In this document: positions 12,971 to 24,312 of the stretch, piece after piece
How the letters are laid out: every line of letters starts with the position of its first letter
Position numbering within the stretch: position 1 is the stretch's first letter
Source of the DNA: Vicugna vicugna
Taxonomy: Eukaryota
Direction: 5' to 3'
NCBI GenBank assembly: GCA_013265495.1
Contig: MU058103.1
Coordinates: 1,124,870 to 1,188,869 of the forward strand
Length of the DNA stretch: 64,000 bases
The notes under the pieces: model-generated
Database searches by the model: none
Seen by the model: the letters and a program-made list of their open reading frames with translations, nothing else
What the model was told of the DNA's origin: nothing
Program-made: the position numbers and the translations under genes

Positions 12971-13971
12971 TACATCTGTCAGCCTTTGGAGTAAATTAAG
13001 GAAAATGGGCTTATGCCATTCTTAATTATTTTTAACTTACTCTGTTAAAAATAAGTTAAAATAAGTTTAAAAAAATGACAGCTATCATTATTTTAACTCT
13101 GGTGACTACTGTTTAGTGGACCTTTGCTGGAAACAAAGCACAGCTTCCACCAGAAGAAAATAAATAAATAAATAACAATGCTGCTTCAGAATTGTGTAGA
13201 GACGGACAGTTAAGCAAAGTGATGAAATTCAGAGGATCAAAATTCTGAATCCCAGGCTTTTCTCACCTTATGTATTCTGTACCATTGGGAAAAAAAATCC
13301 AGTTTGAAAAGCTATATTGCTTTCAACTGAAACAAGAATTGATTGGGAGCTTTCTTTCTTTTTTATTTTGGTTAGATAAGTTTGAGTCAAAATCAATACC
13401 CAAAAGGGCTCCAAAGAGAAAGAGATGTTCTCTGGGTACAAAATCTGTGAAGGGGTAATTCACTGTAGTGATAGTGGACCAGTCTCTGAGTGCAGTTTTG
13501 AGCAATTCAACTTGTAGTAAAACCTCCTTGAAAGAGTACAGCGTTTCAACAGAACCTGAGAGTGGAGAAAAAAGTCAGCATAAGTCACAGTCTTCTCATG
13601 GCCAGATCCCCAGTCCTTTCTCCCTCTAGTGCTGCATCAGTTGATTTCTAACCTGCAAAATACAAATAATTTCTCCACTCATCCTCTCCCAGCCTCAATC
13701 TGGGCAGCTGGGATTTAACCAGGTTTGTTTTTTTGTTTGTTTGTTTTTTAATTTTTTTTTAACATGGGGACTCAAAAGTGCCTGGTCTTCTCTTCTGATG
13801 AGCTTTACCCCTCTCTGTGTATCCTCTAATTCTGATACCAGGCTGATGCCAATTTTTTTTTCTTGGTCAATTACCAATGCCCTAGTCATTCTAGAGTAGT
13901 TCTAGATCTTCCTTATAAAGTGCACCCTCACAGGTATCACAGTCTTGGTTATTCATTCTGGGGTTAATTTG

Positions 13972-14540
13972 TCTATTCATCATCCATTCAATTAAACATT
14001 AATTGAATGCCTACTCTGTGACATAATTTGCTATGTGAGGGAAGTACAGGAATGAAATAAAATATAGCGCCAGTCTTCTAAAAGCTCAAAGTCATGTTGG
14101 CAGATAAATCGGAACCAGGAGCAATTTGAGAATCATGTAAGTTACATGGTGCAGAGAGCCATGGGGTCATAGAGGAGGGATGTCTCATGCTGCCATGGGT
14201 TCAGAGACGGCTTGCTGTGGAGGATGGCTCTTGGGCTAGATTTTGAAGAACTGGTAGGAATTTTAAAAGCAAGAGAAAGAACGAAGGAAATTCCATGTGG
14301 AGAGGTAATATATGGAAAAGCATAGAAATGGTAAGAAATGTGATACTCTCAAGGCAAATAGACTTGTATGGTAAAGTTAAGAAATTTTTAGAGGATAAGC
14401 TAAAATAAATGCTTAAAAAGGAGGCTAGATTTAGACAGGGACCCAATTCTGGAGGACTCCATGTAAGACAAGTTTGTAGAATCTTATTTCGAAGCTGCAG
14501 GAAAAATTAAGCTGGGAAGTACATTGTCATAGCTTGTCTC
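13972..14540 (-). mobile_element. L2 3' region
   Basis: attcatcatccattcaattaaacattaattgaatgcctactctgtg followed by purine-rich L2 body. Confidence 0.7.
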
Positions 14541-14599
14541 AGAAACTTGCTTCTTCAGACCCCACTGTCATGGCTAGAGGCCTCTGAGTGTACACAATA

Positions 14600-14710
14600 A
14601 GAATCAGACAGAAACGACCTTGAGTGTTGGCTCCATCTCTCATTAACTATGCACACTTAACCAACTATCCCAAATTTTAAGACCCAATCTCCTCATCTGT
14701 AAAATTTGAA
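14600..14710 (+). mobile_element. MIR fragment
   Basis: ttggctccatctctcattaactatg...ctcctcatctgtaaaat. Confidence 0.6.
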
Positions 14711-14822
14711 AATCTTCAAAGCAAGAGCCTATAAGCAAGTCTACTTAGTCAACTTATTTACTGTTGAATTCTCAATGCTTTGTATTTATCTGTGTATTCA
14801 GTTAAGCAACACAGTGATCATC

Positions 14823-15311
14823 TGTGGTAGTTAATTGGATGTGTCAGCTTGACTGGGCTAAGCGATGCCTGAATAGCTGGTAAAGCATTATTTCTGGGTG
14901 CGTCTGTGAGAGGGCTTCTGGAAGACATTAGCATTTCAGTCAGTAGACTGAGTAAAAATTACCTTCCCCAATGTGGGTAGACATCAACCAATCCACGGAT
15001 GGTGTGAATAGAACGAAGGCAGGGGGAGGACAAATTTGCTCTCTATTTGCACTAAGACACCCATTTTCTCCTGCCCTTGGACATCTGTGCTCTTGGTTCT
15101 CAGGCTTTGGGGTTTGGATTGAATTACACCACTGACTTTCCTGGTTCTTCAGCTTGCAGATGGCAGACTGTGGGACTTTTCAGCCTCCATAACCACACGA
15201 GGCAACTCCCATCTCATATATATATACACACATACATACATACATATACATTTTTAAAAATTATATATTATTATGTTGGCTTTATTTCTCTAGAGAACCC
15301 TGGCTAATGCA
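14823..15311 (+). mobile_element. MLT2 (ERVL) solo LTR inserted into an L2 tail
   Basis: tgtggtagttaattggatgtgtcagcttgactgggctaag...tttctctagagaaccctggctaatgca; 5-bp flanks tcatc/gcatc; L2 resumes ctaccctgtgccagg. Confidence 0.92.
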
Positions 15312-15689
15312 GCATCTACCCTGTGCCAGGTCCTGTTCTGGAGGATACAGCAGTGAACATAATAATGGTCTTTGTCTTCATAGGCTCTTATTCCTGCACT
15401 GACTTCTATGTAGAAGGTACCCAATGAATAAGTGATGAATGAGTATACATTATCTAGTTCCCTCTCCTTCCAAATTCATAATTATCCATTTGGCAAGATA
15501 AAATAAGGATAGAGTTGCTTCCTTACACAGTTTTGCACTGACTGGAGCATTAGACTTAGTTTTGATGGATGATTCACGTGCTCTGATATCCTAAGTCATG
15601 TCTGCACTCTTGCTGTGACCTAGGCAAGATAGTCTAAGAGTTTTGCAGGCACTTTTAGAGAGTCAGTTTTAACTGTAACTCAACTTTCT

Positions 15690-15875
15690 TAAATTTTTCA
15701 CAGTGCTTGTGATTCTCTGAAATCACTGCATTTCTTCATTGGTTTACCTTTTAATTATCTATCTTTTCCATTGTAAGTTCCATAAAGGCTGTTATGCTAT
15801 CTGTCTTATGTCCCCAGTGTATTCCTAGCACAGTATCTGGCCCATAGTAGATTCTCAGTAAATACTTTTGGAGTG
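15690..15875 (+). mobile_element. L2 3' end
   Basis: ttgtaagttccataaaggc...cctagcacagtatctggcccatagtagattctcagtaaatac. Confidence 0.75.
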
Positions 15876-17499
15876 TAAATATTTGTTGTCCCTGTTCCCG
15901 GGTACAATTCAGGTAAAAACCACTGTTAGAGAAGACATTTAAGCAGTGGATACGTGATAAGATTAGATGGCTTTAAAACTTCCTTCCCACCATGGATGCT
16001 CTGATTCTAAATTGTCAGCCCCTGGAGAAACTTCTTTGCCTTTTACAGCCTTGCCATTGCTCTAGATAGTCAAATGTTACGAGGTGGGGTGCAATTCCCT
16101 ACAGTAATTTGGCTACATAAAATGGATTTTGGAGAAGGAAAGAAGCAATACTTAGGTGGTAAGTAGCAATATTAGTAATGCCATGCCATCTTACACGTTC
16201 CTGCGTGAAATCGAATTTGTATGGTTTACGTGGAAAGTCTATCTGATGTGCTTAACTACTTGTAAGCTGTTAATATTTGCATATCACCATGGAATGTAGA
16301 GTCTAGCAAGGTCATTTAACAGTTACAGGGCAGAAAGTTTCCATTTTGCTAATCACTTACAACTCTAATTTCACACTACATCAGTCCTTTTACTCTGGTC
16401 CACAGCCCTTCAGAATCCTGTTCTAAAAATCCACAGGAAAACATCTGTTCACAATGTGCTACAAATAACAGCCACTGACTCTCCCCTAAAGTCAGAAATT
16501 TAAGGGCCAAAGTAAAACTTTATTTGACCCATTTTTCTAGTCCTCACCTCTATCTGTTAGGACTTGACTGTTCTTTTCCTCATGGGCTGTGTCTCATTTG
16601 CCAATTCTAAGTTTTCTTTCAATCCTCCTTGTGATGACTTCTTCAGAGCTATTATGTCTTGGTCTTTTGCTTTTTGGTTCACAACTGTGCCTCTCAGCTA
16701 CAGCTCGAGGGCTCTAGCCCCTGGCACCAGTAGTCAGTTGGAAACAAGTCTCAAGTTACGACTGTCAGAACTCTCTGGAACACCCTCCAGTTCAAACCAT
16801 GGATAAGACTCTCCCCAGACTTCCAGCCAACTTATTGCCTCATGGGTTTCACCACAGGGAGAAAAGTTCACAGAGAGGAAGAGATCCAGAGGGCGTGGGC
16901 TCCTTCATGACACGGCGCCCATCTTACAGATAAAGACATTTTGAGTCCCATTTCCAATCACTTCAAGGTCTCATAAATTCTGCACTCAACCCTAGCCAAA
17001 GAATTCAAACACTGGCTATTTTCTAGATGGGGAGCTTCAATACAGCTTGTTTTACAGAAGGCACGATGACACGGCAAAAAAAGAGCTAAGTCAAGGAAAC
17101 TGGACCAGTAAATCTGACTGTAAAGTCAATGAGCATCCCCTTTTGAGAGCATTTGAACAAATGAAACAGCTTTGCACCCTGTTCTCACTCCGACATTTTG
17201 CTTCACCGATTTCATTTTGTTGACTTTATTCATTGTCAGGGTCAGGGAAGGAAGAATCATACATTTGTTTCCAGCCGCATCATGGTTCTGATTCCACAAT
17301 GACATTCTGATGTAATCTGATTTTTCAGTCAAATATGTGTATGATCAGTTACCAATGAAATATGGATGGTGAGAAGGCCATCAAACCAAAGCAAAGAAGC
17401 TCATTCTTTCTTTCCTTCTTCCCTCTGAATTTTCAATGTTTTTGTATTTTTCTTAGCATGTGGGCCAGTTTCCTCCAGTTCACATCACCATTGGTTGTT

Positions 17500-17674
17500 A
17501 GTCAGATTACACGCCTCTGGCCAGGCTCACCAAAAGAAAAGAAGAGAGAACACAAATAAACAAAATAAAAAATGAAAATGGAGAATCCAACCAACACCGC
17601 AGAAATACAAAAACCATAAGAGAATACTATGAACTATATGGCAATAGATTGGACAACTTAGGAAAAAAAGACAA
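17500..17674 (+). mobile_element. Internal L1 ORF2 fragment with 13-bp flanking direct repeats
   Basis: cctctggccaggctcacc...acacaaataaacaaaataaaaaatgaaaatggagaa...gaatactatgaa...ttggacaactta resembles ORF2 PLARL..TQINKI.NE.G..YYE..LDNL; flanked by accattggttgtt twice. Confidence 0.85.
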
Positions 17675-18222
17675 ACCATTGGTTGTTGATGTCAGTGCAT
17701 TCACTGAATTCTGAGCTCCTGCTAGCGCTGAAAAGGTCCTTTTAATGAGGACTGGGAGTCAGGTATCAGAGGGGTTTAACCACCAAAATCATGACATTGG
17801 TAACTAAATGGAAACACAAAAAAGCAAATAAGTGACATTTTGCAGCAGTTTTCAAGACAGGGCTGTGATGGTGGTTTTGTTCCTTAGACGCTGATTCATG
17901 GACAGTCATGACAAATGTTTATTACTCCCTACAGCCCTCCTTTAACACTCTTCTTCATCAGTAGTAGGTATTGTTAATCCTGTCTCTGACTCCGTATCAG
18001 ACTTCTTTTTTTTATTATTCATTTGATTAAACACTTATTTTTAAACACATTAATTACATAGGAGTCTTTATTCACAAGAATAAACTCCTCAGAATTTTCC
18101 CTTGTCTCTCCAAATCCACTCTCCATCTATTTCCATAATCTTTGGCTTACAGTTGGATTCCATTAGTGGGGACAGGTAGCCAGTCGAAGGAAGGAAGGAG
18201 AGTAAGTTCAGGGCAGTAATTC

Positions 18223-20014
18223 TGTTAGAGCAGGCAGATAGCTAGGTATTAACAGCCAAATGCCAGGAATGGGCAGAAAAAGAGGGGCATGGGCTAAATG
18301 GCAGAAAACCATACATTTCGGGGGTTTTTATTTATTTATTTTTTATTTAATTTTACTTTTAATTGAAGTATAGTCAGTTACAAAGTGTCAATTTCTGGTC
18401 CCAGTATTGCATATATATACATATATTTATTTTCATATTCTTTTTCATACTGATATTCATCTTTTTCATTTTCATATTCTTTTAATAACCATTAAATGTT
18501 ATTACAAGATATTGATTATAGTTCCCTGTGCTATAAAGAAGAAATTTGTTTTTCATCTATTTTTATATATAGTAGTTAATATTTGCAAATCTCAAACTCC
18601 CTTCCCTCTGGTAACCATAAGATTGTTTACTATGTCTGTGAATCTGTTTCTGTTTTATAGATGAGTTCATTAGTGTCCTCCTTTTTCTCTTTTCATATTC
18701 CACATATAAGTGATACTGTATGGTATTTTTCTTTCTCTTTCTCTTTATTTCACTTAAAATGATCTCCAGGTCCATCCATGTTCCTGCAAATGGCATTATT
18801 TTATTATTTTTTATAGCTGAGTAATATTCCATTGTATAAATATACCACATCTTCTTTATCCAGTCCTCTGTCAGTGGACATTTAGGTTGTTCTCATGTCT
18901 TGGCTATTGTAAATAGTGCTGCTATGAACATTGGGGTGCGTGCATCTTTTCAATTTAAAGTTACCTCTGGATATATGTCCAAAAGTGGGATTGCAGGATC
19001 ATATGGTAAGTCTATTTTTAGTCTTTTGAGGAATCTCCATACTGTTTTCCATAATGGCTGCACCAAACTACATTCCCACCAGCAGTGTAGAAGGGTTCCC
19101 TTTTCTCCACACCCTCTCCAGCATTTTTCATTTATGGACTTTTTAATGATGGCTATTCTGACTGATGTGAGGTGATACCACATTGTAGTTTTGATTTGCA
19201 TTTCTCTGAAAATTAGTGATATTGAGCATTTTATCATGTGCCTATTGGCCATTTTTTATGTCTTTGGAGAATTGCTTGTTTAGGTCTTCTGCCCATTTTT
19301 GAATTGTGTTGTTTTTTTTGTTGTTGTTGTTATTAAGTTGTATGAGCTATTTATATATTCTGGAAAGTAAACCTTTGTCAGTCGCATCATTTGCAAATAT
19401 TTTCTCCCATTCCATAGGTTGTCGTTTTGTTTTCCTTGTGGTTTCCTTTGTTGTGCAAAAGTTTATAATTAGGTCCCATTTGAAATAACTATACATTTTG
19501 TAAACAGTGGATTCCTTGGGCAGAAAAAGAGAAGCAGGAACCTCTGGGCTGATAAGAAATCACACATTTTGGGATAAGTGGCCTAGAGGCCAATAAAGAA
19601 AGGTGGGAAAAGGCAGGAATCTCCAGTGTCTGAATATAACCTGTTGTTCATTATGTCCTCATTACAATAAAATTAGCCTTGCAGATTAGAACTACCCATC
19701 ATGCACTGACACCATGACACTTCTGATACAGATTAAATAAGGACAAAAAAAAAATCCCTCTTCCCCTTGGGAAGATGGAGCTGGGATGAAAATCAGGGAA
19801 TATGACCCCAAACCCTTCCCTCCCCAGTGAATGTTCCACTCATTTATTTTCACACTCTAGGTAACCAACTTGCCAAAGAAACCCAAGGCAGCTGCTCATC
19901 TGAGCTTGCCTGCCCTCCCTTGAGCATGTCCTATCACCTAATATATCCTCACGTTACTTTCTTGACCTCCATCTGTCATCTCTGAATTCTTTTAAGAACC
20001 TAATGCTGGCAACA
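18223..20014 (+). mobile_element. ERV solo LTR (about 620 bp without the L1) split by an L1
   Basis: Inverted termini TGTT...AACA; 4-bp flanks attc/atcc; internal repeat gggcagaaaaagag on both sides of the L1. Confidence 0.8.
18319..19486 (-). mobile_element. 5'-truncated L1 with ORF2 C-terminus and 3' UTR
   Basis: ORFs 18950-19252 ([18 protein letters not shown]...[10 protein letters not shown], Cys-rich domain) and 18563-18850 ([24 protein letters not shown]) are L1 ORF2; TSD aaccatacattt (18307-18318) / aactatacattt (19487-19498). Confidence 0.96.
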
Positions 20015-20811
20015 ATCCCACTGGCTGCCACCTATGGGGCTGCTGAAAGCTGGCTGATTCCTTCATCACAGCTCCTATCAGCAGCTCTCTCCCTGCCACC
20101 TTTGCCTCTCTGGGTTCTGGTAACAGCTGACTGCCTTCATCCTTTAGTGCAGGGTGAAGACCCCAAAGGTCAATGTCTGAGCATAAAGTCAGCATCCCGA
20201 GTCATCAGGAGTATCCAGACAGTGTAGCGATCTTTTATGATGTCTTGATGAGAAACTGAATAGTGAGTTTGTTTCTCTTCCAAGTTCAGGTTGCAATTTT
20301 TTCACATAATGGTCAGAGGTAGACGTAGAAGTAGGAAAGATATCTGGGAATAAATGAGCTCTATTTAATTTTTATTTTAGATTGAAAAACATCTTTAGGT
20401 CTCTAGAGACTAAAATAATTTTAAATAACATTAATGTAGAAATTAGAAGTGCATTGAGCAGTAGAAGCAACAGTAGTCAAAGAAGACTGTGTTGGGTAGG
20501 GTATGGGAAAATTAAGGTGTGGGAAATCATACATATGCAAGTTACATCCGCTATAAAGTCCCTAGGAGAAAAAGAAATGAAAGATAAAATTCTCTCATGA
20601 AGGCTCCACGGGGTAGCTATTGCATCTGCAGTTTTAGAGATGATTGTGTTTCCTGGGGAAAAAAACTGTAAAAGAAAAAGAAAAAAAAACATATATTTGA
20701 CTTACACTTTACTTGCTGACTCAGTTTTCTGACATTGTTATCTTAAAACACCATTTTCTTGATTGGAATTTAATGGGGAGGAATACTACAAAGAGAACAT
20801 TTAGATTCCAG

Positions 20812-21060
20812 AAACATTTACTGAATGTTGGTGCACCAAGCCTCATGCTGGGTGCTTTCTAATTCATTATCTCATCTCATCCACACAATGGCACGGTGTG
20901 AGTCTGATGGGGATGGTTTATCAGCCCGATTATGCCTATAAGGGAACCTCAGACAAGAGAAATGGGTGCCCAAGGCCATGGAGCTAGTGACCAGCAAAGC
21001 TGGGTGCCAGGCATGATCTTCAGGCTCCAAGATCCGGACTTTTTCCGGAGGACAACTGCC
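20812..21060 (-). mobile_element. MIR SINE
   Basis: aacatttactgaatg...gctgggtgctttc...gcccaaggccatggagctagtg. Confidence 0.65.
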
Positions 21061-21144
21061 TCACTTTTCTCGGTCTAATGATGAGGTCACTCTAAATGTC
21101 AGTTTCTTCATTTGCAAAATGGGATGAATAGTGTATAAATCTTG

Positions 21145-21280
21145 TAAGCAGTATTATACTGACTTTATGGACGAAGAAATCCAAGTATGAAGAGACTAGG
21201 AACTTGTGCAGGGTTACATAGCAAGAGGTGGAAATTAAACTCAGGGGTCCACTTCAGAGATCTGTGCTCTTGGCAGTTAT
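21145..21280 (-). mobile_element. MIR fragment
   Basis: tttatggacgaagaaatccaag...aacttgtgcagggttacatagc. Confidence 0.55.
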
Positions 21281-21421
21281 ATTGTTCCTTAGTATGTTAT
21301 GGTGCCTGACATGGAGGGTTTTCATCAGGGTAAGGAGTTAACATACTTTTTGGCGAGTAGCTAAGTCTTAATAAACAGCTGTTATACTATTGCTGTTCTC
21401 ATCTTTATATTGACGCTTAAA

Positions 21422-21448
21422 GCGCGCGCACACACACACACACACACA
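21422..21448. repeat. (GC)n(AC)n microsatellite
   Basis: gcgcgcgcacacacacacacacacaca. Confidence 0.95.
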
Positions 21449-21589
21449 AATAATGGGTTAAACAAAGACTAGAGTTTATTTTGTTACTTTAAAAAAAGCA
21501 TATATATGTGTGTGTATATGCACACACGCTAACAATGGATAAAAAAGACTTGACTAGGGTTTATTTTATTACTTTTAAAAACTATTGTT

Positions 21590-21730
21590 ACAGTTGCTTC
21601 CAAAATATTTTCAGTGGAATTCTAATCTCTTCAAACCAAACAAACAGAGGTTCATGATACGCACCTTAGCATGTTAAAAGCTCTGTGAAGTCCTGCAGAA
21701 AGAAAAGCCATTTAAATTGTTCAGCCCAGG
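21590..21730. mobile_element. hAT-Charlie (MER103-like) fragment
   Basis: gcaccttagcatgttaaaagctctgtgaagtcctgcagaaagaaa. Confidence 0.55.
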
Positions 21731-22699
21731 GATTCGTGTATGAAAGGAGCTCCGTGAGGTCTCCAGCCTGACAGAAGCCGATAAGCTGAATGTTATCAAT
21801 GCCCCCAGTGCAGGAGCTGCCTCTCACCCACCTGAATCCGCGGAGACTCCTCTCGACAGTGCGTTTTTCACTGAGAGGTGCTGCAGCTTGGAGACCACGG
21901 GCCAGCCCTGAATTCTCAGTTTCTCCTTGTTCGGATACTTACTCTGGAAGGAGTGTTGTAAGTCAGGTGGTTTCCTGAAGAGCGTTTAGGAAGAATCAAG
22001 GGGATGGCACTGGCTGCCCTGAGCTCTGCTGGCCTTGAGAAGGGCCACTTCTCTGTGAAGAAGGAACACTTGGCCTGCTGCCCTGGGTCTTGCCCTTACT
22101 ACCTTTGTCCCCTGTGGCCATGTGCTCAACCGCTTTGTACTGAATAATTCTGGCATGTTACAGGGTTGTTTGGGGGCCTAATCAAGACAATGAAATATGT
22201 TCTTAATTCACTGAATGCATGGCAGCTAAGCAGGTGAGTTTAGACTCCTTCCCCTTCCTCCTGAAGGCTATTTCTGAATACACTGCGACAGCAAGTAGGT
22301 AGAAACAGAAAGACTTGTCACCTATCTCATATATGTATAAAAAGAGAGGTCAGATTTTTAAATGGTTGACTTTACACTTGGCTATGTCATAATGGCCAAG
22401 ACTGACTGACTGGCTGATAGACCTAAACAGTTGCAAGGAAGCTGGGTCTTTTGCAGGATGAAAATAAAGACATGCCAAAGGAACAGAGCAGCTGATCCAG
22501 AATTTATATTTGCATATGTTCTTCTGTTTACTTCTTGATTCCCGCCATTGACATAATCCCCACCCCAGCTTTGGTTTGCTCTTAAATTGATGGTTTGCTT
22601 CTGAATTAATTGGATAATGCCGTTACCCATGTGTCACTTGACTGCGCACAGAAATCTGAAGTCCTGGCAATACAATGAACCACTTCTCATGCATTTGAA

Positions 22700-22850
22700 C
22701 AATAGTTACCTCTCTTGAGCACCTACTATGTGCCACCAATAAACTAGGATCTTTATGTAAGTCTGATCATGACATCCTCACAGCAACCTTTGCAGATGAT
22801 GAAACTAAAGCTAAGAAATGTCAAGTAGCTTGACCAGGAATACACAGGCT
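22700..22850 (-). mobile_element. MIR SINE
   Basis: ttgagcacctactatgtgcca...catcctcacagcaacctttgcagatgatgaaactaaagct. Confidence 0.8.
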
Positions 22851-23489
22851 TCTGCTTACTTTTTAGGCTGTGGTATTTTCGCACTTTGTAAACAAAAGGT
22901 AATGCCGAAGCCACAGGCTTCGTCTCTGCCTTTAGAATGTGTGTGCCCCTCAGAGGTGCAGTTTTCCTGCTGTTCATTTTTCTGTGTCCATTGTCTGTTA
23001 CTCAACCTAACACAGAGTAGGTGTCAGTAAATACATGTTAGGCAACTTGAACGGCAACTGAAAAATGACCTCTCAGGGCACTTATTAGCACTATGACTAC
23101 CTTTTCTTATTTAGGACTAAGAATAATAATATATTTCAGAAACACCATCTGACAAATAGGGGCTGAGGACAATCTAGACAGAGCCTAAACTGTGACCTCC
23201 AAATCAAGGAATGCAGTTCTCATCCTAAGAGTTCAGTTTCCTCCGGCTTGTCTGTCAGAGACAGTGTTCACAGACTATACTCAGGAGAAGCTAAAAAGAT
23301 ACTCCTGTCCTCTTTCTTCCCATATGTTTAAGGTTGTGTATCAACCACCGAGAAACAATGCATTTGACAGAATATGGCCATGGAGGAAGGTACTTCCTCC
23401 TTGACCTTTACTTCTTTCTGAAAACAGCTTGTCATCCTGAAACCTTCTCTCGGTCACCAGGAGACAGCAAAGAGACATCTATGTGCTCA

Positions 23490-23760
23490 GAGGAGGGCAG
23501 TGGGGGAGTGCAGAGAGGGCCATTAAATCATGGCCGGTTCTTTGGGTTTGAAACTGAGAGAGAAGAATTTGGAGAGGTCTGAACAAAGGTATGACATGAT
23601 ATGGCTTAAGTGTTACAAGGATTACATGGTGGCTTTATGGAACACGGACTTTACAGCAACAAGGGTAGCAGGGATACTAGCCTAAGAGGCTACGACAAGG
23701 TTCTGGGCGAGAGACAGCGCTGGCTTGCCAGACTCCACAGCAGGCAGTAGCAGAGATGCG
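23490..23760 (-). mobile_element. L2 fragment
   Basis: tttggagaggtctgaacaaaggtatgacatgatatggcttaagtgttacaaggattac. Confidence 0.6.
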
Positions 23761-24176
23761 CAGAAGGGACGTTTCCACCCTTCTCTAGGCTCCAGGAGTT
23801 TGGAAATCCACAACAGCCATCTTCCTCTTGTATCCTGGCTGTATGCCTCTGCAGGGCAGAACACATAAATGTGCTAAACGCTTGAATTGAGATGAAGGCA
23901 GGAAAAGGGGGAAGTCATCAGAAGAAAAATCAGCATTTGAAAATTACTTACCCACTACAACAATACACTCAGTGAAGGCAGCTACCTTGCCTGTTGTGGT
24001 TTTATTTTTTCTCCTGTGCTTGGCCTGTGGTAGACATTCAGTAGATACCTGCTAAGTGAAGAACAAATGATTAATAGTCACATATGGAAACAAACTATCA
24101 ACAGACAAGACATGTAGTCTAGATTGACTTCAGGTCTCCGGCTTCTGCTTGATTTTCTTTGCTGTTCAGTATTATA

Positions 24177-24312
24177 GGGGGAGGGTATAGCTCCGTGGCA
24201 GCGTGCATGCCCAGTGTGAGTGGGGTCCGGGGTTCAGTCTCCGGTACCGCTATAGAAATAAACCAGGGCCTAATTGCTTCCCCCCAAAAGTAGTAAATGA
24301 AATAAATTAAAA
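24177..24312 (+). mobile_element. tRNA-derived SINE (vic-1-like), long form, diverged
   Basis: ggggagggtatagctc...gggttcagtctcc (A/B box remnants), cctaattgcttccccc 3' module, A-rich tail. Confidence 0.85.

Larger units (their letters stand above)
18095..20160 (+). mobile_element. LTR33-like ERVL LTR split by a younger LTR (parts ~18095-18222 and ~20015-20160)
   Basis: tggcttacagttggattccattagtgggg...ggagagtaagttcagggcagtaattc resumes as cccactggctgcc...acagctcctatcagcagc...ctctctgggttctggtaac. Confidence 0.65.

Noticed and set aside
18563..19252. L1 ORF2-like ORFs as a functional CDS
   Set aside because: 5'-truncated, interrupted retrotransposon remnant
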